This document shows, in pieces, positions 51,812 through 60,969 of a stretch of 64,000 nucleotides of DNA (position 1 is the first letter of the stretch; each line of letters opens with the position of its first letter). The translations under genes were made by a program, and so were the position numbers. The notes beneath the pieces were generated by a model that was given only the letters and a program-made list of their open reading frames with translations, was not told the origin of the DNA and did no database searches. The stretch comes from an uncultured Eubacteriales bacterium (lineage in GTDB: Bacteria > Acidobacteriota > Aminicenantia > Aminicenantales > Aminicenantaceae), in contig CAYZDV010000001.1 in assembly GCA_964477275.1 (NCBI GenBank), forward strand, positions 1,002 through 65,001, written 5' to 3'.

Positions 51812-53737
51812 TCAGTTGTGGAGCTGACTGGTTATTTGTTCTTTGAATTTGTAGGCCGCATTTTTTCCGTTGATGGCAGCCTGCAGGTTGGGGTCAAAGG
51901 CAAGGGCGGTGTTGAAATAGTCAATGGCCCGCTGGAAGTCTTTGTCGCTCTTTGTTTTGACGTATTCAAAGAGGTAGAGAGAGCCCATGTTGCTCCAGGC
52001 GAGGGCAAAATTGTTGTCGAACTCGATGGCGCGCTTGTAGTTTTCGAGGGCGAGCGGAAAGTTGCCGCTTTTCTGGTGGGCGACACCCAGGTAATTGAAG
52101 TACTCGGGGTTCCGGTCGTCCATTTTTATGCACTTCTGCAGGATATCGATGGCTTCCTCTTGCCTGTTGGCCACCACCAGCATGATTCCCAGCTTGGACA
52201 TGAGCCCCAGGTTTTTGGGATTGTTCCTCATTCCCTTCCGGAGGATTTCCACCGTGCTTTCGTGCTGGCCCATCACATAATAAATGCTGGCCAGATGATT
52301 GTACGCCAGGACGAAGTCCGGCCGTTTCTCGATGACTTCGATCAAATCGTTGATGGCTTCTCTGATTTTCCCTTCCCTGTATTTGAGCACCGCTTCGTAC
52401 ATCGTGTTCTGCAGCGGTTTGAGGGTTTTCAGGTCGTTCTCGACTGAGAAGGCCACTTTTTTGGGAGTCTTCCCGTCAGAAATGTAGCCCAGGCTCCGCA
52501 GCCTGTTCATTTCCCCCACGTCGATCGTTGAAAACCTCTCGGCCTTTTCCTTTCCCCGGAGTTTCTGGATGAGTTTTTCCAGGTCTTTTTCCAGCTCTTT
52601 GGTGTTCGTGCTTCCTGCCAGGTTGTTGTCCTCGAAAATATCGGCCCTGATGTCATAGACTTCCCTGATGGGCTGGTCGATGTATTTCAGGGATTCTCTG
52701 ATGAATCCCGTCAACGGTGCCCAGCCCCGGTTCAGATACGGAGTGAGGGATTCAAAGTAGATTTCCCTGTTTTTTCTTTTTTGGCCTTTGACGATGGGGA
52801 GCAGAGATTCGCCCTGGAGATGGGCAGGAATCTTATCGCCGAGCACCTCGCAGAGGGTGGGGAAGATGTCGATGTGGCAGACATTCTCTTCAATGGTTTC
52901 CGCTTTCATTCCGGGGATCCTGATGATGAGAGGAATGCGGATGGTGTTGTTATAGGCAAAATAGGAATGGGTCCTCTCTCCTTTTTCTCCCAGGGCTTCG
53001 CCGTGATCGGAAGTCAGCACGATCACCGTGTTCTCCATCATGCCTTTCTCCTGGAGAAAATCGAAGAGACGGCCGAGCTGAGCATCCACATAGGCGACTT
53101 CACCCGAGTAAGGGTCATGCCTGTATTCCTGGTCAAAGGGAGGAGGGGGGATGTAAGGCTCGTGGGGGTCAAAAAGATGAATCCAGGCAAACCACTTCTG
53201 GCTCTGGCCGGAGATCCATTCCATGGCAGGGGCGATGACTTTCTCGGCGGGTCTTTCGATAAAGTAGATTTCCAGCAGGTTCTGGCTTCCGTAGTGATCG
53301 TCGTAGATGTCAAACCCCTGGTCGAGGCCGAACCGCGAGTCGAGGGGAAAGGACCCTATAAACGCCCCCGTTGCGTATTTCCTTTCTTTCAAGTACTCAG
53401 CCAGGGTGAGAAACCTCTGGTCCAGGACAAATCCCGGGTTATCGCTGATTCCGTGGTAAATCGGCGTTGTTCCCGTGAGGATGTTGACATGGGAGGGGAG
53501 AGTGACCGGGTTATGAGCAAAAGCCCACTGAAACACCCAGGCATCAGCGGCGATTTGGTCCATGTTGGGAGTTTTGACGTATTTATCCGAATACACGCTC
53601 ACCCGGTCGTACCTGAGGGTGTCGATGGTGACCAGGAGGATGTTGATGTCTTTTTTCGGCAGGGAAGAGGAGTAGGCCAGGGATATTCCCGCCAGAAGAA
53701 CGAGCAGAGTCCTGAAGAATTTCATGAAACCTTTCAT
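51812..53737 (-). CDS. Sulfatase-like hydrolase/transferase (alkaline phosphatase superfamily, Thr-type nucleophile) with C-terminal TPR repeats; secreted
   Basis: NILLVTIDTLRYDR. The motif NPVTLPSH replaces the C/S-x-P-x-R formylglycine motif. C-terminal about 200 aa are TPR-like. Confidence 0.65.
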   Translation of the reverse strand: MKGFMKFFRTLLVLLAGISLAYSSSLPKKDINILLVTIDTLRYDRVSVYSDKYVKTPNMDQIAADAWVFQWAFAHNPVTLPSHVNILTGTTPIYHGISDNPGFVLDQRFLTLAEYLKERKYATGAFIGSFPLDSRFGLDQGFDIYDDHYGSQNLLEIYFIERPAEKVIAPAMEWISGQSQKWFAWIHLFDPHEPYIPPPPFDQEYRHDPYSGEVAYVDAQLGRLFDFLQEKGMMENTVIVLTSDHGEALGEKGERTHSYFAYNNTIRIPLIIRIPGMKAETIEENVCHIDIFPTLCEVLGDKIPAHLQGESLLPIVKGQKRKNREIYFESLTPYLNRGWAPLTGFIRESLKYIDQPIREVYDIRADIFEDNNLAGSTNTKELEKDLEKLIQKLRGKEKAERFSTIDVGEMNRLRSLGYISDGKTPKKVAFSVENDLKTLKPLQNTMYEAVLKYREGKIREAINDLIEVIEKRPDFVLAYNHLASIYYVMGQHESTVEILRKGMRNNPKNLGLMSKLGIMLVVANRQEEAIDILQKCIKMDDRNPEYFNYLGVAHQKSGNFPLALENYKRAIEFDNNFALAWSNMGSLYLFEYVKTKSDKDFQRAIDYFNTALAFDPNLQAAINGKNAAYKFKEQITSQLHN

Positions 53738-53904
53738 TTGGATTTTTAGACGAAAGAGAAAGAAAATTCTTCCCTGGCCTTAGAATTGGCGGTTCTGTTT
53801 CTGAATGGGCAAAGGCGAGAGGATGCCATCTTGAGATCAGGCAATGATTGACGGTCAGGCTCCCTGTCAAGTGGCTTAAAAATCTAACCCTGGTCCTTTA
53901 CTTG

Positions 53905-53960
53905 TCCTGAAAAACAAGATGGTATTTAGAAGCAAATACCTCCAGATGTTTTTCAGGACA
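53905..53960. other. Perfect 13-bp inverted repeat (GTCCTGAAAAACA...TGTTTTTCAGGAC) with a nested 7-bp inverted repeat in its 30-nt loop, followed by a T-rich run on the + strand
   Basis: Read directly from the sequence. Lies in the intergenic region between the sulfatase-like start and the ubiE end. Confidence 0.5.
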
Positions 53961-54006
53961 GGAGGGCATTTTTTCTTTTCGCATGCCAAGGCCGAATTCC
54001 AGGATT

Positions 54007-54753
54007 CTATTTCCAGGCGGTGTGAATGGCGGCAATTCCCGCAAAGAGCCTTCGGCACAAAACCCGGGAAAACCCGGCCTCGCGGATAATGGCTGAGAAT
54101 TCATCCGGGCCGTAGAAGCGCGGGATGGTGGCTGAAAGATACCGGTATCCGGATCGGGAGCCGGAGAGGAAAACTCCCACCGGCCGGACGGCGGTCCGGA
54201 CGTAGAAATGAAAAAGCCTCCTCGTGAGCTTCGATGAAGGCTGGCTGGTCTCCAGGTTGACAAAGCGGCCCCCGGGTCTGAGAACACGCCAGAATTCCAG
54301 GAGATGGCTGATCAGAATTCGTTTGTTGATGTTGATGTTCCGGGTGGCAAAGGAGATGGTGATGAGGTCAACCGTCTCATCCGGAAAAGGCAGGGATTCC
54401 GCTTCAGCCATGACCGGGAAAAGGGAGACCCTCCCCTTTTTTTTCAGTAGCCTGGCCAGCATGGGCAGACAGAAATCGACCGCGACAACTCTCACATTAT
54501 TTTTTGCCAGGCGGGAGAGGTTGAGGGCCATCTCGCCGGTGCCGCTGCAGGCGTCCAGCCAGAGAAGGCCATCGGCCCTGGCTGCTTCCCGCGCAGCCTT
54601 TTTCCGCCACAGGATGTCCAGGCCCAGGGTTAATACATGATTGACCAGCTCATAGGTGCCGGCGACTTCAGAAAAGATTCTCCGGATTCCTTTTCTCATT
54701 TCCTGACGGGAATTCGGGGGGAAAGCGCCTGTTTCAAATTGAGTAGACCGCAT
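54007..54753 (-). CDS. ubiE: Demethylmenaquinone/ubiquinone C-methyltransferase (UbiE/MenG family, class I SAM-dependent methyltransferase)
   Basis: FSEVAGTYELVNHVLTLGLDILWRK...LDACSGTG...LRPGGRFVNLE match the UbiE/MenG family. Confidence 0.8.
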   Translation of the reverse strand: MRSTQFETGAFPPNSRQEMRKGIRRIFSEVAGTYELVNHVLTLGLDILWRKKAAREAARADGLLWLDACSGTGEMALNLSRLAKNNVRVVAVDFCLPMLARLLKKKGRVSLFPVMAEAESLPFPDETVDLITISFATRNININKRILISHLLEFWRVLRPGGRFVNLETSQPSSKLTRRLFHFYVRTAVRPVGVFLSGSRSGYRYLSATIPRFYGPDEFSAIIREAGFSRVLCRRLFAGIAAIHTAWK

Positions 54754-54839
54754 ATCTTTTTTTTGCTAAACTTCATTTTCCTCATTTAACCTGGATTATT
54801 AAAGGGATGTCAAACATTATCATCAAGGAAAGGAGGAAC

Positions 54840-56468
54840 ATGAAGCCGAAAGCCGCATTTCTGGTTATTCTGTTGGGGGCATGTGTTCTGCTCTTTTCTG
54901 CCTCCGGTCCTGCCCGAGTCGGGCCGACCTACGCCATTGTCGGCTGCACGGTCGTCCCGGTCTCCGCCCCCCCTTTGGAGAACGGTGTCATCATTGTCCG
55001 CAGCGGGCTGATTGAATCCCTGGGTCCTGCCGAAAAGGTGGCTGTTCCCGAGGATGCCGAGGTCATCGAGGCCAAGGGACTCTTCGCGTATCCCGGCCTG
55101 ATCGATGCTCTCTCCAGTCATTTTCTTGAAGTGCCCAAGGAGGAGAGGCCGGCTGAGAGAATCCAGAGGGCAGCAATGGCAGAACCCGTGGAAAAGGACT
55201 GGGCAGAGCAGGTAGCCATCATGGCCTTCAAGCTGTTAAAGCCCAAGAAAGCGGACGTGGAAAACCTGCACAGGGCCGGGATCACCACGGTGCTGGTGGC
55301 GCCGGAGAGGAGCATCTACGCCGGTCAGAGCGTGCTGTTGAACGTCAACGGCGAAGAGATAAGGCCCATGGTCATCCGCAATCCCGTGGCCCTCCATGTC
55401 CATTTCGCCACGGAACGGAGAATCTACCCCTCCAGCCTGATGGGAACCATGGCCTTTCTCAGGCAGTCTTTTATGGATGCCGAACACTACTCGCTCCACA
55501 AAACGCAGTTTTTAAGGTCTTCTTTGGGCGTCAAAAGGCCCGAATACGACCCTTACCTGGAGGCCCTCCTGCCGTATGTGGTGGAGAAAAAACCGGTGTT
55601 TTTCCATTGTGCCAACCAGGAAGACATCAAACGCGCCATCCGGCTCATCAAGGAGTTCCGTCTCACCGCCGTTCTCAGCGGGGCAAATGAAGCCTGGAGG
55701 GTCGCTTCCCTGGTCAAGGAAGCGAATGTCCCTCTCCTCATCACCCTGGATTTCAGACCGCCCTCGACCAGCATTTATGCCCGCCAGGATGAAGAAACGA
55801 AAAAGAAAGCCGAAGAAGAGGTCTATCCGGCCAATGCTGCCCGTCTCCACCAGGAGGGAATCTCCTTCGGGCTGGTCTCCCTGGGCCTCCGAAACGCATC
55901 AGCCATTCCGTCCGGCATCCAGAAGGCCTTGAAAGCCGGGCTGCCCGGGGAACAAGCCCTGAAGGCAATGACAATCATCCCTGCTCGCCTGTTAGGAGTG
56001 AGCGGGTTTCTGGGGAGCCTTGAGCCGGGAAAAGCGGCCAACATCGTTCTGACCGATGGCGAGATTTTCGCAGAGAAGACAAAGGTCAAAAGAGTGTTTG
56101 TTGACGGGCTCTCATTCGACGTCAAAGAACCTCCCAGGGGGACTGAAGCGGCCACGGTGAATGTCTCCGGAAAATGGAAAGCGACGGTTTCAGGGCCGAT
56201 GGGCGAGATGGAAATGACCGTCGATCTGGTGCAGGAGGGGAATGCCGTCAGCGGATTGATTTTTTCTGATTTCGGCCGATGGGAAATCAGCGACGGGATG
56301 CTGAGCGGCAAATCTCTCTCTTTCCTGCTCTCTGTGGTCATCATGGGAGAAACAATGGAGATGTCATTTATCGGGACAGCGGAAAAGGATACCCTGGAAG
56401 GAACAATCTCGTTTGAAGGCGGGTCGGCCCGGCTGAGGGCCACCCGGATCCCTGATCAAGAACTGTGA
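54840..56468 (+). CDS. Amidohydrolase-superfamily protein with degenerate metal site (no HxH), extra C-terminal beta-rich domain; secreted
   Basis: Signal peptide. YPGLIDALSSHF replaces PGxIDxHxH. Confidence 0.65.
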   Translation: MKPKAAFLVILLGACVLLFSASGPARVGPTYAIVGCTVVPVSAPPLENGVIIVRSGLIESLGPAEKVAVPEDAEVIEAKGLFAYPGLIDALSSHFLEVPKEERPAERIQRAAMAEPVEKDWAEQVAIMAFKLLKPKKADVENLHRAGITTVLVAPERSIYAGQSVLLNVNGEEIRPMVIRNPVALHVHFATERRIYPSSLMGTMAFLRQSFMDAEHYSLHKTQFLRSSLGVKRPEYDPYLEALLPYVVEKKPVFFHCANQEDIKRAIRLIKEFRLTAVLSGANEAWRVASLVKEANVPLLITLDFRPPSTSIYARQDEETKKKAEEEVYPANAARLHQEGISFGLVSLGLRNASAIPSGIQKALKAGLPGEQALKAMTIIPARLLGVSGFLGSLEPGKAANIVLTDGEIFAEKTKVKRVFVDGLSFDVKEPPRGTEAATVNVSGKWKATVSGPMGEMEMTVDLVQEGNAVSGLIFSDFGRWEISDGMLSGKSLSFLLSVVIMGETMEMSFIGTAEKDTLEGTISFEGGSARLRATRIPDQEL

Positions 56469-56478
56469 AGGAGGCGTG

Positions 56479-57798
56479 ATGATGAAAAGAACAAAGATCA
56501 GACTCACACTCGGCGTATGCCTTCTTTTGATTTTCTCCGGCTTCTCTTCCGGGCAGGACCTTTTGATCAAAAACGGAACAGTGCTGACCGTGACCGGGGG
56601 AACGATGGAAAGCGGGGATATCCTGATCAGGGGAGGAGTTATCCAGAAAATCGGAAAAAACCTCCCGGTCCCGGCGGGAATAAAAGTCATCGATGCAAGC
56701 GGAAAATACGTCATGCCGGGAATCATCGATTCCCATACCCACATCGCGCTCACCGGCACCAACGAGAGCTCGGAGGCGATCACCCCCGAGGTCAGGATGC
56801 GGGATGTGGTGGATGCCGAAGACCCGTCCATCTACACGGCTCTCTCCGGCGGTGTGACCATGGTCCACACCATGCACGGCAGCGGGAACCCGATCGGAGG
56901 CGAGAATATCGTCCTCAAGATGAAATGGGGAAAAACCGCTGAGGAAATGCTCGTTCCAGAGGCTTACAGGACACTCAAGTTCGCCCTGGGTGAAAATCCC
57001 AAACAGGCGAATGTCTTCGCACTCGGAACACCCCGTTATCCCCAGACCCGGATGGGCGTCAACGCCATCATCCGCCGGGAATTTTTAAAGGCTAAAAATT
57101 ACATGGAGCAGTGGGAGAGGCATGAAAAGCTGATAAAATCCAAAAAGGCACCGAGGAACCTCATCCCGCCCCGCAGGGACCTCCGCATGGAGCAGCTGGC
57201 GGACATGCTCAGAGGAAAAATGCTGGCCCGCTGTCATACCTACCGGGCCGACGAGACTCTGGAGTTCATCAAGCTTTCCAAAGAGCTCGGGTTCAAAATC
57301 GCCTGTTTCGAGCACGCCTCAGAAGCCTTCAAGATCACCAGGGAGCTGGCTGAAGAAGGCATCGGCATCTCCATCTTTCTCGACAACTGGGCGTATAAAG
57401 TGGAAGCCTCCGAAGGGATTGCCTATAACGCGGCATACTGCACACAGAAGGGCGTGCTGGTCTCCATCAACTCCGACAGCGGGGAAAGGATCAGGCGCCT
57501 GTTCAACGACGCGGGCAAAGCCATAAAGTACGGCGGCCTCTCTGAGGAAGATTGCCTGAAGCTCATCACCATCAACCCGGCCATCCAGCTCGGGGTGGAG
57601 AAGATCGCCGGAAGCCTGGAAGAGGGAAAGCACGGCGATATCGCCATCTTCAGTGAACACCCGCTCTCCGCCTACACTCTCTGTGAGATGACCATCATCG
57701 AGGGCAACGTTTATTTTGACCGGACCCAACACCTGAAAGAACGCGAGGAAATGGAGAAGAAAAAAACCGAAAAAGAGAAAAAGGGAGGGATAAAATGA
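56479..57798 (+). CDS. Amidohydrolase (canonical HxH metal site), secreted
   Basis: MPGIIDSHTHIALTG, CHTY, FEHAS and SINSDSG give a complete binuclear metal ligand set. AAGGAGG RBS. Confidence 0.8.
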   Translation: MMKRTKIRLTLGVCLLLIFSGFSSGQDLLIKNGTVLTVTGGTMESGDILIRGGVIQKIGKNLPVPAGIKVIDASGKYVMPGIIDSHTHIALTGTNESSEAITPEVRMRDVVDAEDPSIYTALSGGVTMVHTMHGSGNPIGGENIVLKMKWGKTAEEMLVPEAYRTLKFALGENPKQANVFALGTPRYPQTRMGVNAIIRREFLKAKNYMEQWERHEKLIKSKKAPRNLIPPRRDLRMEQLADMLRGKMLARCHTYRADETLEFIKLSKELGFKIACFEHASEAFKITRELAEEGIGISIFLDNWAYKVEASEGIAYNAAYCTQKGVLVSINSDSGERIRRLFNDAGKAIKYGGLSEEDCLKLITINPAIQLGVEKIAGSLEEGKHGDIAIFSEHPLSAYTLCEMTIIEGNVYFDRTQHLKEREEMEKKKTEKEKKGGIK

Positions 57799-59069
57799 CC
57801 AGGAAAATCCTGACTCTCGTCCTGGCTCTCATGTTCTGCGCTGCCTTTAGCTGGGCAGCTGAGAAGGCACCACGGATGATTGCCATAAAAGGCGCAACCA
57901 TCATCCCTGTCGTCGGAGAGGATATTCCCTCTGGAACAATCCTCGTCAAAAACGGAAAAATTGAAGCTGTGGGAAAGGATATTCCCATTCCTCCTGAGGC
58001 AGAGGTCATCGATGGCAGGGGCCTTTTCGCTTATCCCGGCCTGATCGACAGCTCCTGTTATCTGGGCCTTTCTGAAATCGGGGCAGTGCGGGCCACAGTC
58101 GACTCCAGCGAGACAGGCTCCTTCAACCCCCAGGTCAGAGCCGTGGAGGCGCTCCGGCCGGACTCCATGCACATCCCCATAGCCAGATCAAATGGCATCA
58201 CGGCGGCCGTCGTTACGCCTTCCGGCGGGGTCATTTCCGGACAGGCCGGCCTGATCAAGCTCTCTGGCTGGACACCCGGGGAAATGGTGGTGAAGAATCC
58301 TGTGGCCATGCTCATTCAATTCCCCTCGCTGCCGCGATTCAGAAGAGGGGAGGCCCAGGCTCCGGAAGATATTTCCAAACGAATCAGCGAGCTGAAGCAG
58401 ATGCTGAACGAGGCCCGCTATTATCAAAAGCGGAAACAGACGGCGCAGAAAAACCTTCTCCTCCCGCTCCCGGGATTCGATGAACGGCTGGAGTTCCTTC
58501 TTCCCGTGGTCAACGGCCAGCTCCCGGTGATGATTGCCGTCCATACGGACGGGGATATCAGGGCGGCCATCCGGTTTGTCGAGGAGGAAGAACTCAAGGC
58601 CGTCTTCTTCGGAGTCAGCGACGGATGGAAGGTGGCCGAGGAGATCAAAAAATCCGGAATCCCCGTTGTTTTTGGCTCTCTGAATGCCATGCCTACCCGG
58701 TGGGAGGATGGCTATGATGCCATCTACAGGAATCCCTCGGTCCTGGCCAGGGCAGGGGTCAAGTTCGCTTTTTCTTCCCAGAGTGCAAGCCTGGCCAAGG
58801 ACCTGCCCTACCATGCGGCAAAAGCAGCCGCCTTCGGACTGGACCGGAGAGAGGCTCTCAAGGGAGTGACCATCTATCCGGCCGAGATATTCGGATTGGC
58901 GGACATGATGGGAAGCCTGGAGAAGGGCAAAACCGCCAACATCGTCCTGGCCGACGGCGACATTCTCGAGCTTCGGACCCGTATCGAGAAGGTCTTTATC
59001 GACGGAGAGGAAATCGACCTTTCCAACAGGTACACCGAACTCCTCGAGAAACACAAGAAGAGGGATTAA
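57795..59069 (+). CDS. Amidohydrolase-superfamily protein with degenerate metal site (no HxH), secreted
   Basis: YPGLIDSSCYLGLSE replaces HxH. Same subfamily as 54840-56468. ATGA overlap with the upstream gene. Confidence 0.65.
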   Translation: MTRKILTLVLALMFCAAFSWAAEKAPRMIAIKGATIIPVVGEDIPSGTILVKNGKIEAVGKDIPIPPEAEVIDGRGLFAYPGLIDSSCYLGLSEIGAVRATVDSSETGSFNPQVRAVEALRPDSMHIPIARSNGITAAVVTPSGGVISGQAGLIKLSGWTPGEMVVKNPVAMLIQFPSLPRFRRGEAQAPEDISKRISELKQMLNEARYYQKRKQTAQKNLLLPLPGFDERLEFLLPVVNGQLPVMIAVHTDGDIRAAIRFVEEEELKAVFFGVSDGWKVAEEIKKSGIPVVFGSLNAMPTRWEDGYDAIYRNPSVLARAGVKFAFSSQSASLAKDLPYHAAKAAAFGLDRREALKGVTIYPAEIFGLADMMGSLEKGKTANIVLADGDILELRTRIEKVFIDGEEIDLSNRYTELLEKHKKRD

Positions 59070-59125
59070 GCCAGGGGAACATCTCTCCTGGAATGTCCCT
59101 TTTTCAGAATAGAAAAGGAGGCGCC

Positions 59126-60952
59126 ATGAGAAGAACGGCTGTGTATTTTCGCATTTTTTTGATCACGGCTATCGTCTTTTTCTCCGGGGTCCACAGCGCG
59201 GGTCAACCAGGAGAGGAAACTCTTTATGATGTTCTGATCAAAAACGCCAGAGTGTTTGACGGTTCTCTTGAACCTGCTTTTAAAGCCGACGTGGCGGTCA
59301 GGGAGGGAGTTATCGTCAAAGTAGAAAAATCGATTACCGGCCCGGCAAAAAAGGTGATCAACGCCAAGGGGCTCTATGTCATTCCTGGATTCATCGACCT
59401 CCACACCCATGTCGACGGCGGGATGTATTTCCCCGAGAACAGAGCCTGCCTGAACTACCTCAGGCAGGGAGTGACCACGGTCGTTGTCGGCCAGTGCGGC
59501 TCGAGTGCCTGGCCGATCTTCGAGAAGGCCGAAGACCTGATGAAGCGCTGGTCAGAGGAGGGGGTCGGCCCGAATGCCGCCCTCCTGGTCGGGCATGGAA
59601 CGGTCAGAGAAATTGTCCTGGGCATGGAAGACCGGGAACCGACGCCCGAAGAGCTGGAGGAAATGAAGTCTCTGGTCCGGGAGGCCATGGAGCAGGGAGC
59701 CCACGGGCTTTCCACCGGCCTCGTCTATCTTCCTGGAAGCTTCGCCAGGACGGATGAGGTCGTGGAACTGGCCGGGGTTATTGCGCCTTACGGCGGGATC
59801 TACCATACCCATATCCGGGATGAGAGGAACCGGCTGGTCGAGGCCATCAAGGAGGCGATTGAAATCTCCGAACGTTCGGCCGCGCCGGTCCATATCTCCC
59901 ACTTCAAGGTCATGGAAAAGCCGAACTGGGGGCTGGTGAAAGAAGCCTGCGCGGTTATCGAGGACGCCCGGGCAAGAGGCCTGAAAGTCACCGCCGACCA
60001 GTATCCCTACCAGTTCTCCAGCGGCTATCCCTACATGAGCCTGATTCCCCGCTCGGCATGGGCGGGAAGAGAGGAGAGCAACAGTGAGCGGCTCTCTTCG
60101 GCGGACATCGAGGAGATTTTTGACCATCTCCGGGATGAGCACCTGCTGAGTCTTTACAAAAAAGTCACGCCCCATATTCCGCTCTCCGAGCATCATCTCC
60201 AGTTCCTGGAGGCATTGCCCAGAAAAAGTCTGGTCCGGCTCGTCGGTCAGAGTTTGATCCACATGAGCAATTTCCGCGGCCCGGGGAACGCGAGGGAAAG
60301 GATGCTCTTTTTGGAACGGATGAAAAACCCGCAGGAGGCCGAGAAAATCCGAGTTCAGGTCCGTTCTTTCGTCGTGGACAGAGTCGGCCCGGAAAACTTC
60401 ATGGTGGCCATCAGTGCGGAAAAAAACCTGGAGGGCAAGTCCCTGCTGCAGGCGGCAGCCATAAAGAGGAAATCCGTCGAGGACACCGCCATTGAGCTGG
60501 AACTCCAGGGAGCGAGATGCATTCCCTTCCGGATGTCCGAACAGGACATCGAATACATCATGAACAAGGATTATGTGGGCACAGGAAGCGATGGCACAGC
60601 GCCTTTTTACGGCATCGGCCTGACCCACATCCGATCCTATTCGACCTTCCTCCATAAAATCAAGAAGTACGCCCTGGAGAGGAAAGCGGTCTCCCTTCCC
60701 CATGTCATCCGTTCCCAGACCTCCCTCGCTGCTCAAATCATGAACTGGGAAGATAGAGGCTGGATCAGGGAGGGCTGCAAAGCGGACATCGGTGTTCTGG
60801 ACCTGAATAACATCAAAACCGAAACCTCTATTTCTAATCCTCATGTGTACAGCCAGGGAGTGGAATATCTGCTGGTCAACGGCGAGATTGTGCTGGACAA
60901 GGGAGAATGGACGGGAAAGCTTCCCGGCCAGGTGATCAGGCTGAAAAAATGA
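59126..60952 (+). CDS. N-acyl-D-amino-acid deacylase (D-aminoacylase) family amidohydrolase, secreted
   Basis: DVLIKNARVFDG...IPGFIDLHTHVDGG...GGIYHTHIRDE match the D-aminoacylase family. AAGGAGG RBS before the ATG at 59126. Confidence 0.75.
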   Translation: MRRTAVYFRIFLITAIVFFSGVHSAGQPGEETLYDVLIKNARVFDGSLEPAFKADVAVREGVIVKVEKSITGPAKKVINAKGLYVIPGFIDLHTHVDGGMYFPENRACLNYLRQGVTTVVVGQCGSSAWPIFEKAEDLMKRWSEEGVGPNAALLVGHGTVREIVLGMEDREPTPEELEEMKSLVREAMEQGAHGLSTGLVYLPGSFARTDEVVELAGVIAPYGGIYHTHIRDERNRLVEAIKEAIEISERSAAPVHISHFKVMEKPNWGLVKEACAVIEDARARGLKVTADQYPYQFSSGYPYMSLIPRSAWAGREESNSERLSSADIEEIFDHLRDEHLLSLYKKVTPHIPLSEHHLQFLEALPRKSLVRLVGQSLIHMSNFRGPGNARERMLFLERMKNPQEAEKIRVQVRSFVVDRVGPENFMVAISAEKNLEGKSLLQAAAIKRKSVEDTAIELELQGARCIPFRMSEQDIEYIMNKDYVGTGSDGTAPFYGIGLTHIRSYSTFLHKIKKYALERKAVSLPHVIRSQTSLAAQIMNWEDRGWIREGCKADIGVLDLNNIKTETSISNPHVYSQGVEYLLVNGEIVLDKGEWTGKLPGQVIRLKK

Positions 60953-60969
60953 CGTTTCTTTGAGGCTGG

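Noticed and set aside
51812-53737. Sulfatase-like protein as the substrate of the anSME at 17632
   Set aside because: The formylglycine motif C/S-x-P-x-R is replaced by T-L-P-S-H, so it cannot be a maturase target. It is more likely a Thr-nucleophile transferase or hydrolase.
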